Assembly (NCBI GenBank): GCA_044892525.1
Contig: CM097885.1
Location: forward strand, 20,276,001 to 20,340,000
From: Schmidtea polychroa
Lineage: Eukaryota
Length of the DNA: 64,000 bases
Direction: 5' to 3'
Positions 14,655-25,372 of the stretch are shown piece by piece. The notes below the pieces were generated by a model that saw only the letters and a list, made by a program, of their open reading frames with translations, had not been told where the DNA came from and did not search any database. The stretch's first letter is position 1. Each line of letters starts with the position of its first letter. A program made the position numbers and the translations under genes.

Positions 14655-15293
14655 ATGGAATTACGAAATGATGCAGTATACCAAATCGTTGGTCCAAGTG
14701 GTAGCGGGAAAACTTTATTTGTTTGTAAATTACTAAAATCAAATTTGTTTAAAACAAAATTCAACAATATTTATTGGCATAGGGGCGCCGACGAAGAACA
14801 TGGATTGACGCAATCAAGTTTCTGTCAGTTGAAAAACATGAAAATAGTAAATGGTTTTGAGAAAAACTGGTCAAGTCGTTTGAAGAAAGATGATGTCATC
14901 ATTATCGATGATTTGTATCAAGAAACCAATAAAGAAAAGGATTTTAATAATTTATTCACAAAAATCACCAGACATGTTGGTGTAACAGTTATTTTAATAA
15001 CACAAAATCTATTTCATCAAGGTGGTGCACATCGAACACGTAATTTAAATGTACAATATTTAGTTATTTTCAAGAATCCTAGAGATGCAACTGTCATTGA
15101 TTTTCTTGGACGACAAGCATACCCTAATAACCGTAATTTTCTTATCAATGCATTTCAAGATGCTACAAAAATACAGCATGGGTATATATTTCTCGATTTC
15201 ACACAACAATGTCCTGATGATATACGCGTAAAAACAGATATTTTCAATCCAAAAGGTGCCATGGTATATAAACAAAGTTCAAAACAAAGTTGA
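14655..15293 (+). CDS. A32/FtsK-like genome-packaging ATPase
   Basis: Walker A GPSGSGKT, Walker B IIIDD, LFTK..RH, ITQNLF, FKNPRD, typical of Polinton ATPases. Confidence 0.96.
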   Translation: MELRNDAVYQIVGPSGSGKTLFVCKLLKSNLFKTKFNNIYWHRGADEEHGLTQSSFCQLKNMKIVNGFEKNWSSRLKKDDVIIIDDLYQETNKEKDFNNLFTKITRHVGVTVILITQNLFHQGGAHRTRNLNVQYLVIFKNPRDATVIDFLGRQAYPNNRNFLINAFQDATKIQHGYIFLDFTQQCPDDIRVKTDIFNPKGAMVYKQSSKQS

Positions 15294-15306
15294 AAACATA
15301 TAAATC

Positions 15307-15801
15307 ATGTTTTCAAAAACAAGGATATCGGGTAAAAAACAACCAAAGGTTCCACCAACAACTAGTTATACTCCATCTAAAGAACTTATTACAGAAAATT
15401 TTCCTGCAATGAATCTTATTTCGAAAAATCCTAAACCTAAACCTAAAAGTAAAAATACTAAGAAAGTAAAAGTTGTTAAAAATCATCGGAGTTTCCCGTT
15501 TTTCAATACATTGTTAAAGGCACCAAGTATGAAAAGAAACAGTATTTTGCAATCATTTCCAAATTATGTTGTCGATGATTTACTCGATATTATACTTAAA
15601 GTAGTCAAAGGCAAGATTAAAATCAGTAAATCCAAAAAGCAGTTATTGAGTAAACATAGGAAACCTTTGCTATCATTAGTAAATAATAAAAATCGTCAAC
15701 AAATGAGAAAAATTATATATAAACAACAAGGGGGATTTATCGGTGCATTGATACCTTTAGCAATATCATTATTAGGTGGAATAATAGGAAGTCGAACATA
15801 A
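15307..15801 (+). CDS. Basic virion core-like protein with C-terminal QQGG|F amphipathic peptide
   Basis: Lys-rich 164-aa ORF ending QQGGFIGALIPLAISLLGGIIG; sits between ATPase and integrase as in other Polintons. Confidence 0.8.
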   Translation: MFSKTRISGKKQPKVPPTTSYTPSKELITENFPAMNLISKNPKPKPKSKNTKKVKVVKNHRSFPFFNTLLKAPSMKRNSILQSFPNYVVDDLLDIILKVVKGKIKISKSKKQLLSKHRKPLLSLVNNKNRQQMRKIIYKQQGGFIGALIPLAISLLGGIIGSRT

Positions 15802-15804
15802 ACA

Positions 15805-16032
15805 ATGGGTGCTAATCCTTCATTACCAGACATTAAATTTAATATTAAATCTTCTTGCTGTAATGGAGAAGATTTGGACGAACCCGGAAGACGAAGCCGG
15901 TTTTGGTGGAGTGGCAAAATTAAGGAAAAGAGTTCTGAATTCGAAAAAGGAAACCCAGAAGTGGTTATCAGACCAGCTTGCGTACAGTTTGAACAAACCA
16001 ATGCAGAAACGATTCCCAACAAGAGCATATAA
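15805..16032 (+). CDS. Candidate 75-aa overprinted ORF (MGxxxS myristoylation motif, SSCC)
   Basis: ATG 3 nt after the upstream stop in AACAATGG context; overlaps the integrase 5' end in another frame. Confidence 0.5.
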   Translation: MGANPSLPDIKFNIKSSCCNGEDLDEPGRRSRFWWSGKIKEKSSEFEKGNPEVVIRPACVQFEQTNAETIPNKSI

Positions 16033-16918
16033 AACATATGGAATAAATGATTTATGGCAAATGGATTTGATGGAGATGATACCCTATTCGAAAATTAACA
16101 ATGGGTATAAATATATTTTAACATGTATTGATGTATTCAGTCGGTTTGCCCGAGCAATACCCGTCAAGGCAAAATCTGCAGATGAAATGTCCAAAGCTGT
16201 TAATCATTTATTTAAAGATGGACATCCTAAAAACTTGCAAACTGATTTAGGTAATAATATTATTATTTTTATTATTATTATTATTATTTTAGGTAAAGAA
16301 TTCTACAACAGTAAAGTCAAGCAAATCCTCAATAAATTGAAAATAAACCATTACTCGGTACATTCTCAATACAAAGCTGCTCATGTTGAAAGATTTAACC
16401 GAACTTTGAGAGATAGATTAAAGAAATTATTTGTGCATCAAGGTAATAAAAAATGGGTATTGGTTTTACCAAAAATAATAACCAGTTATAATCATTCATC
16501 ACATCAAGGACTGAATGGATTAAGGCCGATTGATATCACGTCAAAAACAATCTATTCTACAAAACCTGTAAAAATTACAAAACCGAAATATAAAGTAGGT
16601 GACCATGTTAGAATTAGTAAAATTAGTTCATCACCATTTATTAAAAATTTCGATACGAATTGGAGTGATGAAGTCTTTGTAATTTCAAAAATAAATACTA
16701 AACAGAATCCTGTAATGTATGTCATCAAAGACAATGATAACAATATTGTACAAGGAAAGTTTTATGAGCAAGAATTACAAGTTATTCCTCCCCCAAAAGT
16801 ATTTAGAATTCAGAAGATATTGAAAACTAAAAAGGTCGGCAAGGATAAACAATACTATGTCAAATGGCATGGTTATCAAAACCCATCATGGATATCAGAA
16901 AAGGATCTAGTAAAGTGA
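15863..16918 (+). CDS. Retroviral-like (rve/c-INT) integrase with C-terminal chromodomain; 42-bp intron 16251-16292
   Basis: WQMDL, IDVFSRFA, TDLG^KEF, VERFNRTL DDE motifs; YYVKWHGY..SWI chromodomain; probable ATG at 15863 (MEKIW..GFGG). Confidence 0.97.
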   Translation: MEKIWTNPEDEAGFGGVAKLRKRVLNSKKETQKWLSDQLAYSLNKPMQKRFPTRAYKTYGINDLWQMDLMEMIPYSKINNGYKYILTCIDVFSRFARAIPVKAKSADEMSKAVNHLFKDGHPKNLQTDLGNNIIIFIIIIIILGKEFYNSKVKQILNKLKINHYSVHSQYKAAHVERFNRTLRDRLKKLFVHQGNKKWVLVLPKIITSYNHSSHQGLNGLRPIDITSKTIYSTKPVKITKPKYKVGDHVRISKISSSPFIKNFDTNWSDEVFVISKINTKQNPVMYVIKDNDNNIVQGKFYEQELQVIPPPKVFRIQKILKTKKVGKDKQYYVKWHGYQNPSWISEKDLVK

Positions 16919-17931
16919 ATTTTTATACTATTTTACCAAGCAATAGTTGCCCATTAATTCATCCAGATAATCAAGCCAGTAAATTCATGGTCAATCTCCA
17001 GAATCCGATTTCTTTAAATGGTGACTGGGAAGTTGCACTGCAAGATTTTACATTCGTGTACAATACATTCCCATTTTATAGTCAATGTAAGATTGATTTC
17101 AAAAGGAATGTTCTGAAAACATGTAGTGGTATCTTTATTATCAGTAATTATGATAAAACATATCATATTCCGAATCAAATATTAGATCCGCATTGCTCTA
17201 TGTTTTACAAGGATGGATTAAATATCAGTTGTGATTTTAAACCATTTACAATAACATTCGAATATATTGAAGATGCCAGACGAATGGGTTGCAACAAGTT
17301 GAAAAATGAAGTTATGGAAACAGAATATTTATTACGCTTTGATCTATTTGAAGCAAACAGTGTAATGAGAGAAGAAATCAAAATATCAGTGTCGTATAAT
17401 AATGAAGTTGAAGAATCATTCACCTTTGCTGAGGAATTATATATTGATAAACTTGATGTGTTACTTAAATATTTAAAGTACAATTGTTCACACATATTTA
17501 AAAGTTTGGACATTGTGAAAGATTTGTTATTTACATTTAGTTTGAATGATGACATTTGCGAAGTTACATTTGATAAAAATTTGACAAATACACTTGGATT
17601 AGAGAAGCATCAATATCGGGAAAAATCTGCTGGTATACGGAAACCAAGAATACTTGAACATCATCAACAAATGTTCATATATACTAATATTATTGAGTCT
17701 ATAATAGTTGGTGATTCCAGTGTTCCTCTATTGAAATCGGTGTGGATTGGAAAATACGAACATGATGAAGTTGTCAATATAAATATAGATAATCCCATGT
17801 ATTTACCAATTTCAAGCTCATGTATAAACAATATAGAAATAAATATTCGTGACGATAGTGGAAAACTTATAAACTTCCCAAAAGACTCAAAAACTCATTT
17901 GACACTACATTTTCGCAAAGTAGATGGCTAA
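16864..17931 (+). CDS. Minor capsid (penton-like, PX) protein
   Basis: FYTILPSNS..PDN..SKF..NL.NPI.L.GDWEVAL N-terminus and FIYTNII..IVGD..VPLL..PMYLP..IEINIRDD.G..LHFR C-terminus; start could be 16888. Confidence 0.88.
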   Translation: MAWLSKPIMDIRKGSSKVNFYTILPSNSCPLIHPDNQASKFMVNLQNPISLNGDWEVALQDFTFVYNTFPFYSQCKIDFKRNVLKTCSGIFIISNYDKTYHIPNQILDPHCSMFYKDGLNISCDFKPFTITFEYIEDARRMGCNKLKNEVMETEYLLRFDLFEANSVMREEIKISVSYNNEVEESFTFAEELYIDKLDVLLKYLKYNCSHIFKSLDIVKDLLFTFSLNDDICEVTFDKNLTNTLGLEKHQYREKSAGIRKPRILEHHQQMFIYTNIIESIIVGDSSVPLLKSVWIGKYEHDEVVNINIDNPMYLPISSSCINNIEINIRDDSGKLINFPKDSKTHLTLHFRKVDG

Positions 17932-18286
17932 TTCCGATATTATTAGTATGTATAGTGATAGCCAATCTGGCGGTGAATTACCATATTTTATTGGTAAACA
18001 GTACGGATCAGGTTGGTTAAAAACAATAGGGAGATTTGCACTTCCTATTCTTAAACGTATTGGTAGTTTTGGCATGAAAACTGCTAAAGATGTGATTATG
18101 AATGAGCAGAAAATATTACCATCCCTAAAAACAAATGCTTTAGCTGAGTTAGGGAAGGTTCTACCTGGAGTTGCAGGTATGTTTCAAAAAGATACGCCTC
18201 CAGCCCCAGCTCCAAAACGTAAAGGACATGGAATATCGCGTATAAACAAACGAATGAAGGGACATGGAACTATATTTGCAAAATGA
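17924..18286 (+). CDS. Conserved small Polinton core/membrane-active protein
   Basis: QSGG.LPYF.GKQYGSGW...GRFALPILK glycine motifs plus amphipathic helix and basic tail, directly before the major capsid gene. Confidence 0.8.
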   Translation: MANSDIISMYSDSQSGGELPYFIGKQYGSGWLKTIGRFALPILKRIGSFGMKTAKDVIMNEQKILPSLKTNALAELGKVLPGVAGMFQKDTPPAPAPKRKGHGISRINKRMKGHGTIFAK

Positions 18287-19461
18287 TTTGTGGTAAATTC
18301 GAATTATGTATATTTGATAGACCATCGCCACAGGCTGTAATAGAATTTGGGGCCTTTGAGGAAGTTTTTCCTATGAATTCAATTACTGATAGTAGAAATG
18401 ATATCGAGTTTTATATTAATGGTTCGCAAACTGAATATTTAGATTTGAACGATACTTTATTGACTGTTCAGATCAAGGTTGTAGATAAAGATAGAAAGGT
18501 TTTGGATGCCAATGCTGATGTATTACCAAACAATTTCCTGTTTCATACTCTGTTTAAAGATGCAGTGTTGGGATTTAATAATATTAAGATCGAGGGCGGA
18601 AATAATACATTCATTCACAAAATTACCTGTCTTACACCTATGGGTTATGCAGCAGCAGATGATGAAAGAAAAAAGTGGGTTAAAGGCTCAAAATCATTCA
18701 CTATGTGCTCATCATTACAACTTGATTTTATGGATCAACCGAAATATTTGCTACCAGGAGTTAATGTACACATTAGATTGAAAAGATCCGATTCTGCATT
18801 ATCTCTTACTAGTGCAATTGGTGCACCAATATGCCAATTAGTTGATGCAAAATTATTGGTGAGAAGAGTGCGAGTAGACCCGTCAGTATTAGCTGGTCAT
18901 CAATTGGGTCTTAATTCAAAACATGCAATTTATCCATTAAAAACAAAGGAAATTGTATAATTTGCTATTGCTAAAGGTGCTTCATTCTATAAAGAACAAA
19001 TATTTGGTGACAGAAGAATGCCTAATTTTATTCTGGTAACATTTCAAAGTGAAACGCAATATAATGGATCTTATACTGCTTCGAGCTCAATTTTCAAAAA
19101 TTTTGGTGTTACTTCATTGACTTTGTCGAAAAATACTGATTATAGAGAAACATATACTCAAGATTTCGAAAGCGATAATTACTGTGCGACATATATGCAG
19201 AGTATTGTTAGAAATCTGGGTTACTTAGATAAAAACTTGAATTGTGGAATTAATCTAGAAGAATTTAAAAGCAAATATCCATTTTTCACATTTGTTTTAG
19301 CCCCTGATTTTGATTTAAATCAGAGTCAACTACCACAAAACGGGAATTTACGACTGGATATAAAGTTTGCAAAGGCCATTACTGAACCAGTACATGTTAT
19401 AATATATGGGGTATTTGAAAATGAAATTCAAATTACTGCAAATCGAACCGTGCTAGTATAA
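18283..19461 (+). pseudogene. Major capsid protein (double jelly-roll, PY) interrupted by in-frame TAA at 18958-18960
   Basis: IEFYING..EYLDLNDT.L, LHTLF-like, QPKYLLPGV..IRLKR, G.LRLDIKF, IIYG.FEN.I.I...R.V motifs; the 225-aa and 147-aa ORFs share one frame, joined by FAIAKGASFYKEQIFGDRR. Confidence 0.92.
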
Positions 19462-19542
19462 ATGTATACAGAAATATAAAAAGTTGTCATGGAGTAAGTT
19501 TTTTTTTGATACTGTTTAATTTATTAAAGTAGTTCTGTTCAG

Positions 19543-19875
19543 GTCAATAGAATTGGAAAACAGATATTGGGAAATGAATTTGTAGGAGTTTTTCCTCTTG
19601 ATAAAATTCCGTATTTGAGCAATAATCAAGCCATAATCGTCAATACTCAATCTTCTCATCTTGGTGGAGAACATTGGATTGCTATATATATGAAACCTAG
19701 TAATATATTCGTGTTCGATCCTATGGGTTTCTATTACCCTGCTTTGTTGGTATCAAAACTACAAACAATGGGGAAACCTATTGTATATAATAAAACAATG
19801 TTTCAAAATCCATTGACACAAACATGCGGTCAACATTGTTTAGCTTGGTTGTTGTATAAAAAATTTGATGTTTAA
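19543..19875 (+). CDS. Adenain-like (Ulp1/C5) maturation cysteine protease, main exon; upstream intron 19494-19542, first exon appears frameshifted
   Basis: FVGVFP.D, IVNT, GEHWIA, FDPMG, FQ...TQTCGQHC give the His-Asp-Cys catalytic set. Confidence 0.93.
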   Translation, partial: VNRIGKQILGNEFVGVFPLDKIPYLSNNQAIIVNTQSSHLGGEHWIAIYMKPSNIFVFDPMGFYYPALLVSKLQTMGKPIVYNKTMFQNPLTQTCGQHCLAWLLYKKFDV

Positions 19876-19897
19876 TAAATGTATCCTTTCCTTTGTT

Positions 19898-19923
19898 GTT
19901 ATTATTATTTTAATTATTATTAT

Positions 19924-19954
<31 letters not shown>

Positions 19955-20058
19955 ATTATTATTATTATTATTAATATTATTATTATTATTATTATTAATA
20001 TTATTATTATTATTAATATTATTATTATTATTAATATTATTATTATTATTATTATTAA

Positions 20059-20125
<67 letters not shown>

Positions 20126-20165
20126 ATTATTATTATTATTATTAATATTATTAATATTATTATTT
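19898..20165. repeat. (ATT)n microsatellite inside element 1
   Basis: Long ATT run with periodic AAT variants. Confidence 0.97.
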
Positions 20166-20277
20166 TTAATTAAATTTATTTTGAAAAATATTATTATCCA
20201 AATAAAGACAACACAATCATTGTGCATGCACAAAGTCATGACTAACAAAGATAGTCAGTCCCATGAAGTAGATACCA

Positions 20278-20365
20278 TTTGATTGGCTGATAGAGGAAAA
20301 ATATTCAGGAATGTGTCTAAATTCTGATTGGTTGAGACATGGAAATATTCCTGATCTATATAAAC
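20278..20365 (+). promoter_or_regulatory. Putative Pol II promoter of the pPolB gene (two inverted CCAAT boxes plus TATA)
   Basis: GATTGG at 20281 and 20326, TATATAAA at 20357-20364, ATG at 20431. Confidence 0.6.
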
Positions 20366-20430
20366 ATTGACAAATCTAAAATTTGTCACAATTATTCTTA
20401 AATTTACAAATAACGAAATTTTAAATTAAA

Positions 20431-21266
20431 ATGGACGCAGATTTACACAATATTTTGAATGCCATGTTGATGGGTGAAAATGGTAAATTATTTAGTTATT
20501 ATTATTATTATTTATTATTATTTTTGAGAATTTATGGTTTCAAGTGACCGAAGATAATTCAATTTTGAATGTTGATAGGATTTTCGGTAAATTTAAATAT
20601 TTTAATTTTTATGAAATTATTATTTTATTTAGAACCTATTATAATTAGCGACGACGATGATGTCGTTTTTATTGGACAAAATGATGCCCCTGATAAAGAT
20701 GCCTTATTTGTTGGGCAAAACAATGTTTTCAATAAACAAAGTAAATTTATTTTATTTAGTATATTATTTTTTAAAAATCATTTTAGTGTTTAATGTTGAC
20801 ATGGATGCAGATACCACAATTAATAATGATGAGGAAAACAATATGGAAAATGCCCTCACTTTTATTGAGGAGGTAGCTGATGAGGAATCTGATTCCGACC
20901 AGGAATCACAATGTAAGCATTTATTTATTTTTATATTTCTTTAACAAAATTTTTAAAATTTTCTTAATCGCTTTTTTAAACAGTTGCATAAATCTTATTC
21001 GTAAAATTATTATGTTTTTTTTGAATTATTATTATTGTAATTATGACGAAATTATGAAGAAAATACTATGATGGAAATTATAAAGAAATTACTATGATGA
21101 AAATTATGAAAATGAAGAAAATACTATGATGAAACTATTATAACGAAAATGAAGAAAATTATGAAATTATTATTTTGAAATTATGCAAATGTTTAAAAAA
21201 AGTGATTAAGAAACTATAGTTTTAAAATATTCCTTGTAGTTTGCAATGAGGAACTACATTAGTTAA

Positions 21267-21333
<67 letters not shown>

Positions 21334-21746
21334 TTAATGATAATAATAATAATGATAATAATATATCTTGTAGTCTGCAGTGAGCATGCAGCTACATATC
21401 TCTTTTATTATGATTGCTCCAATAAATGTAGTCTGCAGTCAGCATGCAGCTGCATCAAACTATTTATTTATTAGGTAATAATTACCCTTTATTAAATGTA
21501 GTCTGCAGTGAGCATGCAGCTGCATCAAACTATTTATTTATTAGGTAATAATTACCCTTTATTAAATGTAGTCTGCAGTGAGCATGCAGCTGCATCAAAC
21601 TATTTATTTATTAGGTAATAATTACCCTTTATTAAATGTAGTCTGCATCGAGCATGCAGCTACATCAAACTATTTATTTATTAGGTAATAATTACCCTTT
21701 ATTAAATGTAGTCTGCAGTCAGCATGCAGCTGCATCAATAATAATG

Positions 21747-21800
<54 letters not shown>

Positions 21801-24800
21801 TCCCACATTTATAGTTTACAAGACTTTATTAATATTTTACAATTATTAATATTTATTTCATTTTCATAATGTATTTAAATGAAACATATATCAATAATTG
21901 TAAAATCCTTATAAGAACTAAATGATAATTGCGTAAAAGAAATATAAATGTTATATAAATACAATTTCATGACTAATATTAATTGATAAATATAATTAAC
22001 AGGCGAATTTTATCCACATTACTGCCAGGCTTCAACTGGTCACTCAAAATTATGTCACAAAGTGATGAAAAAATATTATGGTCGTAAATTTTATGGTATC
22101 AAGTACTATATATGCCCAATATGCGAGACTTCCCATAGCATTAAATATTTAGAGTTTTACAGTATACATAGATCCCATTTAAATCAGTTCTCTTTAAATA
22201 AAAAGGATTTATTTAACAAACTGCGAAATACCTCAAAACCTGTAATTAAAACTACTGTAAATAATACAAAACCTGTAAATAATATTACAAAACCTGTAAA
22301 TAATATTACAAAACATGTAATTAAAACTAATGTAAATAATACAAAACCTGTAAATAATATTACAAAACCTATAATTAATAATGTTATTAATGTAAATAAT
22401 AATTTAAAAAGACCTGCTGTTAGTATTGGGTCTGATGCTCCCTCTAAAATAAATAAATTAGATCAAATAACTGTCAATGATGTGGTTAATAATATTCAAG
22501 TAGGCGGTTCAGTCGATATTGACGATGAACCTGAAATCGAAATTGATTTTAAGGGGGTTCGAAAGAATCTAAGATTTAATGTAGAGAAGGATAACATCAT
22601 TCAAATAACCATAACCGATAAAATCGTTAATAAGTTAAATCATGAAATAAACAGAATGGGGTCGGTGAAAATACAATTCTCCGTATTGATTCAATTTGAA
22701 AAAGATGGTGAAATTAAAGATAATTTCTTCTCGAATAGGGCAGAGGCTTTTTCAGATAGTTTTCTAAGTGAGGGGGTTCACAAATTAAATAATAAAATAG
22801 AAAAATTCACATATTTGGGTAGTGGATGGCGGGTTGTTAAAATCAAAGAAATAGATTTTATATTAACAAAATTTACACATATGAATAGGCTAGCTGGACA
22901 TAGTTATATCCCCACCCCATCATCTTTAAAATCTAAAAATGCAATAGTAAACGTTAAAAACACTGATGATATGTGCTTTATATATAGTATTTTAGCACTT
23001 TTAAAACGTAATGTAGTACATAGTCATAGGTACCGTGTTAGTTCCTATGAAAATTATCTTGACGAGTTAAATTTTGACCCCATTTCCGACTGTCCAATGA
23101 AATTATGTGATATTCCTAAATTCGAGATGAAAAATAAGGATTTAAATTTAGCAATAAATGTTTTAACTTATAGAACGACATCAGCTAAGCTTTTTGAAAA
23201 TATAGTTGACGATAATTATATTCCACATCATCCCAAATTGGATATAATTCACCGATCTAAGGTTATAGGTGGTGAACCCTTATACTTACTTTTATTGGAA
23301 GATGGTGATAATTTTCATTACACCGCAGTTTTTAACTTACAAAAATTAATGAATTGTCACTCTAGCAGTGAATGCGGCGTTAGACTTCAAGTAAACTGGT
23401 GTCCCCATTGTCTTAACGGATTTAGACATAAAAATGCATTTGATATTCATGTCGCCTTATGCATTAAAAACCAGATAGGAACAATTCTATACACGTTACC
23501 CAAATTTAATTTTTCAAAATTATGCGAAAACCATCACCCCGCCATTCGTGTTATATGCAGACTTTGAATCAATTTTACCGGGGGATATAATACACCATCA
23601 AAAGCATTTGCCAATAACAGCAGGTTTATTATTAATAAATAATTATAATAACTCTAAATTTTATTATGAGTTTGTTGGGGATGATTGCATCTTATCTTTC
23701 TTGCGTAAGGTGGAGGAAATTGCTATGACAAAAAGCCCATGCAAACCTTGTCTTTCGCTGAAGAGCGGGCCTCTCGTGATTCCAGAACCTGCTACCTTTG
23801 TAAAAGATTTATTAGAAATAGAGTTAGGGATCATTGTCACTTTTCAGGTAAGTATCTTGGTGCTGCCTGTAGGAAATGTAATGTTTCTCGACGAATTCTG
23901 AAACAGTTACCTGTGGTTTTTCATAATTTGAGGGGGTATGATCTTCATCATATTTTGAAGTATGGTTTGAAGAATTTTCCTTCTTGGGAATTAAATATTA
24001 TTCCGACCACTACCGAGAAATTCATCTCCCTCATCGTTTATATTAAAAAATTGTCTGTTCGTTTTATTGGCAGCATGCAGTTTGTTAATTCATCTTTAGC
24101 AAAAGCGGTTAAGACTCTTTCCGATCTGCCTTTAACTTCTTCGGTTTTCGATGGCGCAATTGTTCGAGCCAAAGGTATCTTTCCTTATGACTTTGCAACA
24201 TCTCTTGAGGTTCTGGAATCGACTCTTGAATTGCCTCCTATCTGGGATTCTGTGTCTAATGATGAATATGCATTAGCCCAAGTAATTTGGACTCAGCAAA
24301 ACTGCAATAACATGTTAGATTACATGTTAACTTACCTTAAATTAGATGTTTAATTTCTATGAAGGAGGGATACGGGGTGGGTTAACATTTGTTAACAAAC
24401 ATTATGTTGCAAGTTCTGAAGACACAGAACTCTTGTATATTGATATTAAAAACCTTAAAAAACGGATGAATTTGAGGCTATGCAATTCAGCTGAAAAGAT
24501 GATTGTATATGCTTCAAAGCCGACTTTCAAGAAATCTATCAAAATTGATGATGACTTGATTGCTGCACATCTCAATAAGGATTCTATATGTTTAGACAGG
24601 CCTAGTTACATTGGCCAAACGGTGCTAGACCTGTCTAAACTGAGGATGTACCAGTTACAGTATATACTATATAGAATTGGCTAAATATAGAAATGAATTT
24701 AAATGTGAAATAAATATCGTTGCCGGCGATACTGACTCCTTTTTTCTTGAGGTTAGGCACTGTAAGCTTGACATTCTTTTGCCGGCAATGGTTCGTGACA

Positions 24801-25372
24801 ATCTTTTAGACACTTCAAACTATGACCTTGCACATCCCTTATACTCTAGAAACCTTGATTCTGTGATAGGTAAATTTAAAGATGAAAGTAAAGGTCTAGG
24901 GTATAAGGAATGGGTTTTCTTAAGACCCAAGTGCTATAGTTTGTTAGGGGCTAAAAATCATTTAAAAGCAAAAGGAGTCAGGTTAATAGGTACAGAAATT
25001 AGGCACGATTCATATTTAGAATGCTACAATAACAACGTAGTATTTTCTGTGCCACAAAGTAGGATAGGGACGCGGAACCATCAATTGTACACATTTAAAA
25101 ACAATAAAATCGCGTTGTCAAACAACGACGACAAGCGGTTTTGGGTGGGGAAAAATCCCAGTCTCGCATTTGGTCATTATTTAGCACTAGATGACATAAA
25201 TGATGATCAAATATTTGAAGAAGTTGGGCCACTATTCGGAGGATTAAGTCCAGATTTTGTTTCTGTTGATGAGGAAGTGGGTCCACTTTTCAATGGTTTA
25301 AGTCCAGATTTCGATTCTGGGGATGATCCTAATGATGAAATAGATATAGATGATATTTTATTGTCAGACTAA
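20431..25372 (+). pseudogene. Protein-primed family B DNA polymerase (pPolB) with spliced acidic leader; frameshifted and internally deleted
   Basis: Leader exons 20431-20482, 20545-20586, 20633-20740, 20787-20912 splice in phase to 22003. Motifs GSGW, SYIPTP, N.DD.CF, YADFES (ExoI), RDHCH..GKY.GAAC..CN, FHNL.GYD (ExoII), KGIFPY, YLKLDV, IRGG, YID (motif A), GDTDS (motif C), GKFKDE, KAKGV are spread over five ORFs; motif B is absent. Confidence 0.93.
21423..21737. repeat. 70-bp tandem repeat (~4.5 copies) with a hairpin per unit, in pPolB intron 4
   Basis: ATTACCCTTT recurs at 21481, 21551, 21621, 21691; unit contains TGTAGTCTGCAGTGAGCATGCAGCTGCA. Confidence 0.95.

Noticed and set aside
18958..18960. 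TAA read-through or alternative genetic code to explain in-frame stops in the capsid and 116-aa genes
   Set aside because: TAA terminates neighbouring genes normally and pPolB has frameshifts and deletions, so simple decay explains it better.
19865..20248. Poly-Ile and poly-Asn ORFs (also 8240-8467, 30646-30846, 49859-50236)
   Set aside because: Microsatellite translations.
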